Shown here one piece after another: positions 23,120 through 36,290 of a stretch of 64,000 nucleotides of DNA (within the stretch, counting starts at the first letter, position 1; each line of letters opens with the position of its first letter). The notes beneath the pieces are model-generated. The model saw nothing but the letters and a program-made list of their open reading frames with translations, searched no databases and had not been told where the DNA came from. The DNA comes from Hemiscyllium ocellatum (Eukaryota), in contig NW_026869299.1 in NCBI RefSeq assembly GCF_020745735.1, positions 1 through 64,000 of the forward strand, given 5' to 3'. A program made the translations under genes and the position numbers.

Positions 23120-25580
23120 CCTTCCCCAAGCTGTACAAGGCCTCACCTTCATTCCCCTACACTCTCGGATGAACGAGTTCAACACGCGGCGAGACATCGA
23201 ACAATTCTTCCGCCGCCTTCGCCTCCGTGCCTACTTCTTCAACCAGGATTCTCGCCACCCTCTGACGACCCCTTCTCCCACCTCCAACACACCCCATCCA
23301 CCTGGACACCCTGTGCTGGCCTCTTACCTGCCCTCAATCACTTCATAGCCAACTGCCGCCGCGATATTAACCGCCTCAACCTCTCCATCCCTCTCACCCA
23401 CTCCAACCTCTCACCCTCAGAACGTGCAGCACTCCACTCCCTCCCCTCCAACCACAACCTCACCATCAAATCGGCAGACAAGGGAGGCGCGGTAGTAGTT
23501 TGGCGCACCGACCTTTACACCGCTGAGGTTAAACGCCAGCTCGCGGACACCTCCTCTTACTGCCCCCTTGACCATGACCCCACCTCCAACCACCAAACCA
23601 TCATCTCCCAGACTATCCATAACCTCATCACCTCAGGGGATCTCCCATCCATCATCTCAAAACTCAAGTCCCACAACCTCACACCGCCCGTTTCTACCTC
23701 CTGCCCAAAATCCACAAACCTGACTGCCCCGGTTGACCCATTGTCTCAGCCTGCTCCTGCCCCAGAGAACTCATCTCTGCATACCTCGACACGTCCTGTC
23801 CCCCTTAGTCCAAGAACTCCCCACCTACGTTTGGGACACCACCCACGACCTCCACCTCCTCTATGATTTTCGCTTCCCCGGTCCCCAACGCCTTATCTTC
23901 ACCATGGACATCCAGTCCCTGTACACCTCCATCCCCCATCATGAAGGACTCAAAGCCCTCCGCTTCTTCCTTTCCCGCCGGACCAGCCAGTACCCTTCCA
24001 CTGACACCCTCCTTCGACTGACTGAACTGGTCCTCACCCTGAACAACTTCTCTTTCCAACACTCCCACTTCCTCCAAACCAAAGGAGTAGCCATGGGCAC
24101 CCGCATGGGCCCCAGCTATGCCTGCCTCTTCATGGATATGTGGAACAGTCCATCTTCCACAACTACACTGGCACCACCCCCACCTTTTCCTCCGCTACAT
24201 CGATGACTGTATCGGCGCTGCCTCGTGGAGGCAGGTTGAACAGTTCATCCGCTTTACCAACACCTTCCACCCCGACCTCAAATTTACCTGGACCATCTCA
24301 GACACCTCCCTCCCCTTCCTAGACCTTTCCCTTTCTATCTCAGGCAACCGAATCAATGCGGACATTTACTATAAACCGACCGACTCCCACAACTACCTAG
24401 ACTACGCCTCCTCCCACCCTGCTCCCTGTAAAAACGCCATCCCATATTCCCAATTCCTTCGTCTCCGCCGCATCTGTTCCCAGGAGGACCAGTTCCAATA
24501 CTGTACAACCCAGATGGCCTCCTTCTTCAAAGACCGCAATATCTCCTCAGACGTGATCGAATATGACCTCCACCCCATCTCCTCCACTTCCTGCTCCTCC
24601 GCCCTTGAGCCCCGCCCCTCCAATCACCACCAGGACAGAACCCCACTGGTCCTCACCTACCACCCCACCAACCTCCATATACATCGTATCATCCATCGTC
24701 ATTTCCACCACCTCCAAACGGACCCCACCACCAGAGATATATTTCCCTCCCCTCCCCTATCAGCATTCTAAAAAGACCATTCCCTCCGTGACTCCCTCGT
24801 CAGGTCCACACCCCCCACCAACCCAACCTCCACTCCCGGCACCTTCCCCTGCAACTGCAAGAGATGCAAAATTGCCTCCCCCCTTACTTCCTTCCAAGGC
24901 CCAAGGGATCCTTCCATATCCACCACAAATTCACCTGCACCTCCACACACATCATTTACTGCATCTGCTGCACCTGATGGGGCCTCCTCTATATTAGGAA
25001 GACAGGCAGCCTACTTGCGGATCGTTTCAGAGAACACCTCTGGGACACCCAGACCAACGAACCCAACCACACCGTGGCTCAACGCTTCAACACCCTCTCC
25101 CACTCCACCGAGGACATGCAGATCCTTGGACTCCTCGATCGCCAGGCCATAGCAACACGACGGCTGGAGGGAGAACGCCTAATCTTCCGCCTAGGAACCC
25201 TCCAACCACAATGGATGAACCTAGATTTCTCCAGTTTCCTCATTTCCCCTCCCCCCACCTTGTCTCAGTCAAATCCCTCGAACTCAGCACTGCCTTCCTA
25301 ACCTGCAATCTTCTTCCTGACCTCTCCGCCACCCCCACTCTGGCCTATCACCCTCACCTTGACCTCCTTCCACCTATCGCATTTCCAATGCACCTCCCCC
25401 AAGTCCCTCCTCCCTACCTTTTATCTTAGCCTGATGGACACACTTTCCTCATTCCTGAAGAAGGGCTCATGCCCGAAACGTCGACTCTCCTGCTCCTTGG
25501 ATGCTGCCTGACCTACTGCGCTTTTCCAGCAACAGATTTCAGCTCTGATCTCCAGCACCTGCAGTCCTCACTTTCTCCCA
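23120..25580 (+). mobile_element. Near-full-length Penelope-like retroelement (RT + GIY-YIG endonuclease + 3' pseudo-LTR), frameshifted
   Basis: GLTFIP..NEFNTRRDIEQFFRRLRLRAYFF; IKSADKGGAVVV; LIFTMDIQSLYTSIP; QTKGVAMGTRMGPSYA; RYIDD; YYKPTDSHNYLDY; CNCKRCK; IIYCICC...LYIRKTG...RFREHL; 3' CTGAAGA..GAAACGTC motif. Confidence 0.92.
25453..25484 (+). ncRNA. Minimal hammerhead-ribozyme-like motif in the Penelope pLTR
   Basis: CTGAAGA (25455-61), A, stem II GGGC-TCAT-GCCC, GAAA, C-GTC triplet with ACGT palindrome; stem I only 2 bp. Confidence 0.6.
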
Positions 25581-25624
25581 GTGGGATCTTGTAGAGGCCA
25601 GTATTGGGACCTCGCAGTTTCTAG

Positions 25625-26525
25625 GTTTATTGAAATAACTTTCACTTGAAAGTTGGAGGATTGATCAGTGAGTTCACGGATGATATGAAAACCAGTGTGG
25701 TGGCAAACAGTGAGGAAGATGGGCTTAGATCATAGGAGGGCAATCATGGTAAGGGAATACGTGATGAACTATAGGACCCTGGGAAGCACTGAAGATCAGA
25801 GGAACCTTGTTGTGCATGTCCCCCAGTCACTTAAACACTAGCACAGGTGATAAACTCGCCTTTCCTTGTTAAGCACCGAGTTTGAGCTGGGAAGTTCTGT
25901 TAGAACTATTGAAAACATTGGCTAGGGGACAGCTAGCTTGTTGTCTGCATTTCTGGAATCCCCATTTAAGGAGGGATGTGTTAGCACTCAAGACTTGGAA
26001 AGATATTGTCTGAGCTGGAGAGTTTCAGTTATGAAGAGCGACTGGAAAGATTGGTTCGTTTTCCTTAGACCAGAGAGATTGAGAGGGGAGTCACAGGTAG
26101 ATAGGATAGTGAAAAAGGCATTTGATATACTTTCCCTTATTAGTCAGAGCATTGAGTAAAGGAGTTTGGAGGTCATGTTGTGGCGGTACAGGACATTGGT
26201 TAGGCCACCTTTGGAGTATTGTGTGCAATTCTGCTCTGATTCCTATAGAAAGGATGTTGTGAAATTTGAAAGGGTTCAGAAAAGATTGACAAGGATGTTG
26301 CCAGGGTTGGAGGGTTTGAACTACAGGAAAAGCTGAATAGGCTGGAACTGTCTTCCCTGGAGTGTCGAAGGTTGAGGAGTGACCTTCTAGAGGTTTATAA
26401 AATCATGGATGCATGGATAGGGTAAATAGACAAGGTTTTTTCCCTGGGGTGGGGGAGTCCAGAACTAGAGGGCATAGGTTTAGGGTGAGAGGGGAAAGAC
26501 TTAGAAGGGTCCTAAGGGGCAATGT
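25625..26525 (+). mobile_element. CR1-group LINE RT/3' fragments (nested)
   Basis: RIVKKAFDILSLISQSIE..., RTLVRPPLEYCVQF-like, GAACTAGAGGGCATAGGTTTAGGGTGAGAGG. Confidence 0.85.
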
Positions 26526-26625
26526 TTTCATGCAACAGGCGGTGCGTGTATGCAAGAGGAAGTGCAGGCCAGTACAAGGCTAGTAACATATAAAAGGCAT
26601 CGGGAGGGGTAGAAGAAAACTCCAC

Positions 26626-26666
26626 AACCACCTGATGAAGGAGCAGTGTTCGGAAAGCTAGTGGTT
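26626..26666 (+). ncRNA. Minimal type-I hammerhead-ribozyme-like motif (Penelope pLTR fragment)
   Basis: Stem I AACCAC/GTGGTT (6 bp), core CTGATGA, stem II GGAGC-AGT-GTTCG (outer pair mismatched), GAAA, AGCT palindrome, CUA triplet. Confidence 0.65.
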
Positions 26667-29159
26667 CCAAATAAACCTGTTGGATTATAACCTGGTGTTG
26701 GGTGATTTTTAATTTGAACTGGAAGGGATTAGAGGGCCAAGTGCTGGTAAATGGGACGAGGTTAATTTTGGATATCTGGTTGGCATGGACGAGTTGGGCT
26801 GAAGGATCTGTTTCTGTGTTGTACATCTGTTTGACTCTATGAGATCACTGAGATGTACAAAATAATGAGCGGTGTTGATTGGGTAGACAGTAAGGAAATA
26901 TTCCCCTTGATGGAGGAACCAATTAAGACAAATGTTGTAAAGACTGGAAGGCAGTGCAGATATTTAAGGTAAGGGGCAGGAGACTTAAGGGGAATGTCAG
27001 TGATAAAGTCATACAGCATGGAAACAGACCTTTTGGTTCCCCCCAAAGTCCATGCTACCCATAATCCCAAACAAAACTAGTCCCACCACCTGCTCCTGGC
27101 CCATATCCCTTCAATACTTTCTTGTTTGTCCAAATACCTTTTAAACATTGGAACTGTACCCACATCCATTAATTCCTCACGAACCACTCTCTGTGTAGAA
27201 AAAGTTGACCCTCATTTCCCTTTTAAATCTTTCTCCTCTCACTTTAAAAGTATGTCCCCTAGTGCTGAAGTCTAGGGGGGAATAAGCTCCCTAGTCCAAG
27301 GGGAAAATTTCCTCACTATCTGCCTTATGAACACCCCTCATTATTTTATACATCTCAACCATGTCATTGAGTAATAGAGACTTTCAGCACAGAAACAGAT
27401 CCTTCGGCCCAACTTATCCATGCTGACCAGATATCCTAATTTACCCTAGTCCCATTTACCTGTACTTGTTCCATATCTCTCTAATCACTTCCTCTTCATA
27501 TACAAACCCTGAAGTCTATCACCCGAGGGAAAAGACATCTGACATTCACCTTATATATGCTCCTTATTATATTATACACCTCTGTAAGGTCACCCCTCAA
27601 CCTTCAAGCTCCTTTCCATCGAACTCAAACCATCCAGTGCTGGCAACATCCTTGTAAATATTTTCTGAACAGTTTAACAATGCCCCTCCTATAACAGGGA
27701 GACCAGAATTGGACACAGTATTCTAGAAGAGGCCTGTACAACCTCAACATGATGTCCTAACTCCTATACTCATGGTCTGTGTAATGAAGGAAAAAGGCTT
27801 TCACCCAGAGGTTGGTGAGAAACTGAATTCACTGCTGGAAGGGCATTACAGACAGAAGCTCATCAAATCATTGAAGAAGTATTCAGATGTGCACATGCGA
27901 TGCCAAGACATACAAGGTGATGGGTCTTGAAGGAGAACCGTTGCTGGTGTTTTTGAATCTGTAGTCTGTACTGTTTGCCCGAAACGTCAATTTTCCTGCT
28001 CCTTGGATGCTGCCTGACTTGCTGGGTTGTTCCAGCACCACTCTAATCTAGACTCTGGTTTCCAGCATCTGCAGTCCTTATTTTTACCTGATACAAGGTG
28101 ATGGGCCGAGGGCTGAGAAATGAGGTTACCATAGTTTGATGGTTGTTTTTTGACTGGCACAGAATCAATGGGCTGAAGGGACTTGTTCTGCACTGTAGAC
28201 CACTGCCATTCGATAAACAACAGGACAATGAAGAGACTTTGATTGAGGTGTTGGCACTAACAATTGTCAGTGTGGCAGTGCCACAAGATTGAGCTTTATT
28301 CTGACACACTGTCAGACCTGGGTTTGAACTCTGTTCTCGCTCTCTGCAGATGCTTCTGCACCTGCTAAATCTCTTCGGCACTCAGTGTTTATTTGTGGTT
28401 ACAGAGAGGATCTGAGGCTGCAGAGATGAAATCTGATGGTTTGTTAGATATGGGAAGGCGAAGCAGACGCTTCCTGATTGAAAATGAAAAATCAAACATA
28501 GAATTGTGAGGCTGGTAATCTATATTTTGTTCCACAAATCCAGACGACACAAGTTTCAGTACAACAGCAGATGCTTTATTATCGGAGTGCAGCGCGAGAT
28601 TCTCCATGTCCCTGAAAGTAGTTGTGCGTCTACTTGTGGTGATACAAAAGGTCTATAATCCACATGGTTGACTGTCGTTACATTGTTTAAGATGGGCAAT
28701 TATAATTTTACAAGGTCCGGTGAATGTTGATGTCCTGCGATAACAACTGATTATCGTATTCTTCATGATCATGTGTCAATGGGAAGAGATTAAAACTGAA
28801 GGGTTTTGCCTGTTTTCAACGGGGAATTCACATCCCTATGCTAATATGGAGAGGAAGCAAGATAATAGGAGCAGGAGGCAGTTGAACAGGGTTGCGGCCG
28901 AGGCTATCAGTCTTGGCTGGGGAGGACAAATACCGTTGCTTGAGGCTGCAGAGGAATCCACATGTGTGGCTGCAATGGATTCCTTCTCGAAGATTCAGTT
29001 ATCCTACTGAGATGTTCCGTCTATTCTGTAATTGATACTGTAGTGAGCCTGTTTCACAGTGGAATGTTTAACCCTTGAGTGCCCAGAGTGCCTTGAAAGA
29101 GAATTAAAACATGAAGTGATCCTTTTCTGGCTTTATAACATCCTCACCAAACTCCTCCT

Positions 29160-29535
29160 GTCAGATATAAACCAGCCCCTCGCTCACTGACACCAATCAC
29201 CCCCTGTCGAATATAAACCACCCCACAGACACAAATCTCCCCATGTCTGATTTCACCCTGCCCCACAGACAGTGACAACAGTTTCCTCCAGTCTGATATA
29301 AACCAGCCTCACAGTCACTAATACCAATCTCCCCTGTCTGATATAAACCAGCCCCACAGTCACTGACGCCAATCTCTGCCTGCCTGATATAAACCAGCCC
29401 CACAGTCACTGACACCAATCTCCCCCAGTCTGATATAAACTAGCCCCACAGTCACTGACGCCAATCTCTGCCTGCCTGATATAAACCAGCACCACAGACA
29501 CTGACACTAATCTCTGCCTCTCTGATATAAACCAA
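29160..29535 (+). repeat. ~46-bp minisatellite (CTGATATAAACCAGCCCCACAGTCACTGAC...), ~8 units
   Basis: Recurrent CTGATATAAAC heads with alternating ACCAATCTCCCC / GCCAATCTCTGCCTGC tails. Confidence 0.92.
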
Positions 29536-30099
29536 CTAGTTAAAAGGACTGCAGATTCTGGAAACCAGAGTCTAGATAAGAGTGGTGCTGGAAAAGCACA
29601 GCAGGTCAGGCAGCATCCGAGGAGCAGGAAAATCGACGTGTCGGGCAAAAACCCTTCATCAGGAATAGAGGCAGGGAGCCTGCAGATTGGAAAGACAGAG
29701 GAGGAAAACTTCTTCAAGACAAAAAAGACTGAGTGTCTGCCTCTCATAATTTTGTACAGTTCTATAAGATCCCCTCTCAGTCTCCTAGACTGCCAAGAAA
29801 AGAAAAAGCTTGTTCAGCCTCTCCTTATAACACTGAGTGCGAGCAACATCCTTATAAATTTCTTCTGCACTCTTTCCAGTTTAATAACATCCTTCCTCGA
29901 GTAAGGTGACCAAAACAGAACACATGCTCCAACTGCAGCCTCACCCACCTCCTGTATAACTGTCGGTTTTTGTGAAGACAAAACTAAAGGATGTATACAA
30001 TTGCTCAGCTGTTCGTTGTCCTTTGTTATACATTTCCCCAATTTCCATCTATAGGGACCTAACATTTGTCTTCATCAATCTCTTTCTCTTCATGTACTG

Positions 30100-30880
30100 T
30101 AGAACCTTGTAGCATCAGTCTTCATGTTCCCTGCAAGCTTACTTTCTTTTGTACTGTGATTTCCCCATCTTAATCAATCCCTTGGTCCTTCTTTGCTGAA
30201 TTCGAAACTGCTCTCAAATATCAGACCTGTTATTTTTCTTGGCCCATTTCTATGCTATTTCCTTCAATTGGATGCTATCTAATTTCCTTTATAAGCCATG
30301 GATTGGCCCTGTTACCCATTTTGCTTTGGTACCAGACAGGAATAAATAGTTGTTGCAGTTCCCCCATGATTTCCTTGAATATTTGCCAATGCCTATCTAC
30401 TGGCACACCTTTAAGCAACTTTCACTGATCTATCAACGCCAACTCATGCCTTATATATCTTCATAGTTTCCTTTATTAAAATTCAGCACCCTAGTCTCCA
30501 AATTAGCTGGCTCACTCTCCATCTTGATAAAAAAGTTGTATCATGTCATGGTCACTCATCCCCAAGGAGTCTCACGCAGCTAGATTGGCAATGATTCCCT
30601 TCTCATTACACAGTACCCAGTCTAAGATGGCCTGCTCTCTAGTTGGTTCATCCACATATTGGTTAAGAAAACCATCCTGTATGTACTCCAGGAATTTTTC
30701 CAAATCACCCATGATCACAGATGTCTCCATATCACATACTTGGCTAATTTCCTGTTTAATACTATTCCGATACGACCACTGCAGTCTGGGGGTCTGTCTA
30801 TGACACCCACTAATGTTTTTTGTCCCTTGGTATTTCACAGCTCCACCCATACAGTCTCCACATTGTCAAAGCTAATGTCC
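30100..30880 (-). mobile_element. CR1-group LINE endonuclease-region fragment
   Basis: ORF track SVIMGD...FLEYIQDGFLNQYVDEPTREQAILDWVLCNEKG. Confidence 0.88.
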
Positions 30881-31179
30881 TAAAAAGAGATGAACAAAAA
30901 TACGTGACCAGGAATTGAGATATTTCTGCTCAATTATTGATCTTGATTTGATGTTAATTAGCCTTGTCGACTTTCAATGAATAGCTTCGTAAAATCTGGG
31001 ACCGCCAGCAGAAGGTGATGAGCTAGAACATTTGTGGAATTGCTTTCTCAGTAAATGAACATAGATACAACTTGTTGAGTTTTTCACAGTAGATGACAGT
31101 GCTTCTCCAGCAGGTGGAAGTGACGGCTGATAGTAGATCCTTCAACCAACACCTTCACTCATAAAAAGTTAAGGCACAC

Positions 31180-33560
31180 AAAAGATTGACTGAGGCTACT
31201 TAGTTTAACATCATTTATTGAAAAAAATGGTGGAGTCTTTAAAAAAGGATGTTCCAGCAGAAAACTGGGAATGGCTTTACAAAATGGAAATCTTGCCTGA
31301 TAAATGTATTGGAATTCTTGGAGAAAATGGAGGAAACGGTGATTGTAATATGTTTGATTTTCTGAAGGTGTTTGATAGCACCCATGCATAAGATTACTGA
31401 ATAAGAAAGGAGCCTTGGCTTTGGAGGTACTGTATTAATGTGGAGAGAGGATTTTTGAAATCCCAATCCGAAAAGTTTGATGAAGTGTTTTATTTTACAG
31501 GATGTCAAAGTGTGGAGTACCACATAAATCTGTTCTGGGGGACAAAAAAAATGTACAAAGTATTTTGATGACTTAGATGAGGAAAGTGAGTATATTGTAG
31601 GCAAGTTTGCGAAAGACACAAAAATTGGAGCGGAGACAAGTGGTGAGTATGACACAAAAAGAAGTTTATGGAGCGATACAGATAGGACGAGAGTGAACAA
31701 GGAGCTTTGCACATTAATGTAATGTGGATTAAATAAATGAGAACAGACATAAACCGTGAACTTGTGCATTTTAACAGGCAAGATAGAGATTGAATTCAGA
31801 AATCTACAGGGAGTCTGCATCTCTGAACCACAAAAAGTTAGCTTTTAATTTCAACTGTCAATAAAGATGGCAAATGTCATGTTGGGGTTTGTTTAAAAAC
31901 TAATGGAATATTGAGATTAGGAACAGCCAGATAGAGCAGCGAATGTGTAGCTGAGGAACTGCTGCAGGGGTTAGGATTCCCATTTTTCAATCATTGGGAT
32001 CTCTTCAGGGATAGAGATGACCTATATAAGAGGGACCTGACTTGGAAGGGGACCGATATTCTTGTGGGGAAATTTGCTAGCAGTATGCTGAAGGTTTTAA
32101 ATTAGTAAGGTGGATGGTGGGAATTAACAAGATAGTGAGAAAAGAGAAGTGTTTGAGGTGAGATGCGGTGAGCAATTCTCGGGGTCAAGGCAGACAACAG
32201 TTTGGCAAGAGCAAGGTAAGACTGTTAAACTGCATTTACTTCGATGGAAGAGGCCTGACATGTGAGACAGATGAACTTAGAGCATAGATGGGAATGTGGG
32301 ACAAGGATAACATTACCATTACAGAAATGTGGCTCAGGGATGAACAGGACTGGCAACTTAATGTTCCAGGATACAGATGTTATAGAATGTATAGACAGAG
32401 GAGCAAGAGAGGAGATGGAGTCGTGTTTTTGGTTAGAAAGAACATTACAGCTGGATGTAGAGAGGATATTTCTTGGAGACTGCCCAGTGAAGTTATATGG
32501 ATGAAACTTAAAAATAAGGAAGAGGTGATGACCTTGCTGGGATTGTAAAATGGGCCTCCTAATAGTGGGAAAATTACAAGCGATTATGCTTTCTGTAAGG
32601 AAAGAGGATAATGGTAGGGAATTTTAACTTTCCAACCAGAGTTTGGGGTAGTGTTAAGATCTTGGAATGTGGAGAAATTGGTTAAGTGTGTACAAGAAAA
32701 CATTGTTATTCAATATGTGGATGCACCTACTGGACAGTTCGCAATACTTGACCTTCTGTTGGGAATCAAGGCAGGACAAGTGACTGAGGTGTCTGTAGGG
32801 GCACGCTTCAGGGAAAGTGATCATAATTCTATTGGTTTAATAATAATGATGAGAAAGGATAGAATTGATTTAAAAATGAAAGTTTCAAATTGGAGTGTGG
32901 CCAGTTTCGATGGTATTAGACTTTGAGAAGTTGGTTGGGGGAGGTTATTCACAGGTAAAGGGACGACTGACAAGTGGGAGGCCTTTAAGAATGAGACAAT
33001 GAGAGTTCAGTGATGGTATGTTTCTGTTTGTGTGAAGGGCAAGGCATGGGAAAAGCTCAATGATGAGGGAAATTGCAACTCCTGTCCAGAAAACGAAGGG
33101 GGCATTCATCAGATATAGACAGCTGGGATTGAGTGAATCCTGAGAAGGGTATAAGGGCAGTCAGAGTATACTTCACCAGGAAATCATGAGGGAAAAAAGG
33201 GGCATGAAATTGCATGGCAAATAGAATTAAGGAGAATCCGAAAAGATTCTAAAATTATTTTAAGGTTAAAAGAATAACTAAGAAGAGAATACAGCCCTTA
33301 AAGATCAAATGAGTTCATCTTAGAGAAGAGGAGGTGTTGGGGGTCTTAAAGTAGAAAAATGGAAATAAATCCTGGAGAGCTGATTAGGTATTTCTCAGAA
33401 CTTTGTGGGAAGCTAGGGAAGAGATTCGTGGACCCCTTGCTGAGATATTTGTATCATCGATAATCATAGATGAGATGCCAGAAGACTGGAGAGTGACTAA
33501 TGTGGCAGCATTATTGAAGAAAGTTGTATGGAAAAGCCAGGGAACCATAAACTGGTGAGC
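31180..33560 (+). mobile_element. Decayed CR1-group LINE pieces: RT remnant, then ORF1 esterase end and ORF2 APE endonuclease
   Basis: HWDLFRDRDDLYK-like (SGNH esterase end); ITITEMWL..WQLNVPGYRCYR; FAILDLLLG...FRESDHNSI. Confidence 0.8.
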
Positions 33561-33689
33561 CTTTCACGCCAGAGATGCTGCCAGACCTTCTGAACATTTC
33601 CAGCAGTTTCCGTTTTTGTTTCTGATACACAGCATCCACTGTTCTTTCAGTTTTTACTTAGTAGTCAGAGAGCATTACGTTTTGGATTG

Positions 33690-34920
33690 GAGGCCTGTTA
33701 GAACATAACAACATCCAAACATTAGAAATACGATCAGGAGTAGGCCATCTGACCCCACGAGTCTGCTCTGCCTTTCAATATCATCATGGATCATCTTTCA
33801 ATGGACTAAGATTCCACTTACCCACCCGCTCACTATAACCCTCCATTCCTTTACTGTTAAAAAATCTATTTTACCTTTAAAACATTCAACAGGTTGGCCT
33901 CAGCTGCTTCACTAGGCAGGGGATTCCACAGCTTCACAACCCTTTGGGTGAAGATGTTGATCCTCAACTCAGTCCTAAATCTGTTGCCCTTATTTTGAGG
34001 TTATGCCCCGTCGTTCTAATTTCACCCACCAGTGGAAATAGCCTCCCTGCTTCTGTCTTATCTATCCCATTTATAATTTTACAACCCCCCTCCCACATTG
34101 TTCTGAATTCCAATGAGTATAATCCCAGTCTGCTCAATCTCTCCTCACAAACCAACCCCCTCATTTCCAGAATCAACGTAATCAACCTCCTCAGCAAACC
34201 CCACCCCAGTGCCATCTCATGTAAGGTGATGAAAAGTGTACAGAGTACTGCAGGCATGGTCACACCAGCGCCCTATACAGCTGCAGCAGAAAGTCCTAAT
34301 TTTAAACACTATCCACTGCCAATGAAGGGCATTATTCCATTTGTCTTCCTAATTAGCTACTGTACTTGCAAACCATACTTTTGTGTTTCATGCACAAGAA
34401 CAGCCAAGTCCCCCTGCACAGCAGCATTCTGTTTGTTATTATTCCTACCAAAATGGATGACCTCACGTTTACTAACATTGTACTCCATCTGCCAGACTCT
34501 TGCCCACTCACTTAACCTGTCTATATCCTCCTGCACACTTTGCTCTATCACTCATTTAAGTGCCTTCTGCGAACTACACTTGGATCTCTAACTCGAAGCA
34601 ATCGACCTGAATTGTAAACAATTGCAGTCCCAACACTCATCCCTGAGACACACCACTCGCCACTGATTGCCAACCAGAAAAACACCCATTTATCCCCACG
34701 TTTTGCATTCTGTTAGTTAACCAGTTTTCTGTCTCTGCTAATGCATTGCCTGTAACACTGTGCATCTTTATCTTATGCAGCAGCCTTTTGTGCAGCACCT
34801 TGCTGAATGCCTTTTGGAAATCCAGATACACCACGTTCACCAGTTCCCCATTGTCTACCACGCTCATTATGACCTCAAAGAATTCCAATTAATCAGTTAA
34901 ACATGACCTGCCTTTCATGA
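33690..34920 (-). mobile_element. CR1-group LINE RT to 3' end
   Basis: VYLDFQKAFSKVLHKRLLHKI...SGVSQG; DIDRLSEWARVWQMEYNVSK; GLVCEERLSRLGLYSLE. Confidence 0.92.
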
Positions 34921-34924
34921 ACCC

Positions 34925-36290
34925 AAACTTTATTAAATAAATGTGAGGTGCTGCATTTTTGTAAGGCAAACCAGGGCAAGACTTATACAATTAATGGCTG
35001 GGCCTTGGGGAGTGTTGCTGAGCAAAGAAACCAAAGGGAGCAGATGCATCATTCCTTGAAAGTGGAGTTGCAGGTAGACAGGGTGGGGAAGAAGGTGTTT
35101 GGCATGCTTTCCTTCATTGGTCATAACATTAAGTGTAGGAGTCGAGATGTCATCTCTCAGCTGTACAGAACATTTGTGAGGCCACGTTTAGAATTATTAC
35201 AGACAAATCTGGCTGACCATTTCTGTGAAGGATTTTGTGAAACTTGAGGGGATGTAGAAAAGATTTCCAAGAATGATGCTGGAACTGGAGTGTTTAAGGT
35301 ATAAGGTGAAGCTGAATAGACTGGGGCTTTTCTTTTCCCTACAGTGAGAGGAAAGGAGGCTGAGGAGTGGCCTGAACAAGACCCTATAAAATCATGCAGG
35401 GCATTGATATGGTGAATAGCCAAGGCCTTTTTCCTCGAGTGGGAGAGTCCAAAACTAGAGGACAGCAGATTAAGGTGAGAGGAGAAACGTTTGAAAAGAA
35501 CCTGAGGGGTAACCTTTTCACGTGTGTGACTGGAAAAAGCTGCCAGTGGTAGTGGTGGAGGTGGGTTCAATTACTGCATTTAAAAGGCACCTGGATGGGT
35601 GTATGAACAAGGAACATTTAGAGAAAGTTAGGCCAAATGTCTGGCAAATGGTACTCAGTCAGGTTGGGATATCTGGGCAGTGCAGTTGGACCGAAGGGTC
35701 TGTTTCTGTGCCTGATATCTGTATGACTATAATGTTTGTTAAAACTGAAAAGAAGCTCTATTTTTACCACAGCTGGAATACTGTGGACTGTTCTTGGGAC
35801 TCATCTCACAAAGAAAAGGTACACTGGACTGTGAGACAATCCACACGAGGTTTAGTCGACTGATCCTGAGGATGGAGGGACTGTCTTGAGAGTAGTGACT
35901 GAGTCGTTTGGGCCTATACTCATTAGAACATAGAAGATTCAGTGGTGACATTCTGAAACATCTATTATTTTCAGGAAACGTGATGGTGTAAATGCAGAAA
36001 TGTTGTTTCCCCTTGTGGGAGAGGTTCGGGCCAGTGAGTAAAATCTCTGAATTAGAGGTCACAAATGTCAGGCAGAACAGAATTTTGTCTCCCAGAATGT
36101 AGTGAATCTGTGGAATTTGTTTCCATAGAACACTGAAGGCTGAAACGGGCAGGTTTTGATTTGGGAATTGAACCAATGCTTACAGTTAAACGCTGAAAAA
36201 ATGGAGGTGAGGATTATCAGCTCAGCTATGATGTCATTGTTTGGAAGCCCAAACCCCATTGGCTGAACAGACTGCTTCTGGTTCCCTCTC
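34925..36290 (+). mobile_element. Two CR1-group LINE 3' fragments
   Basis: LHFCKANQGKTYTING...QLYRTFVRPRLE; second fragment 35850-36290 with CR1 3' UTR. Confidence 0.85.
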
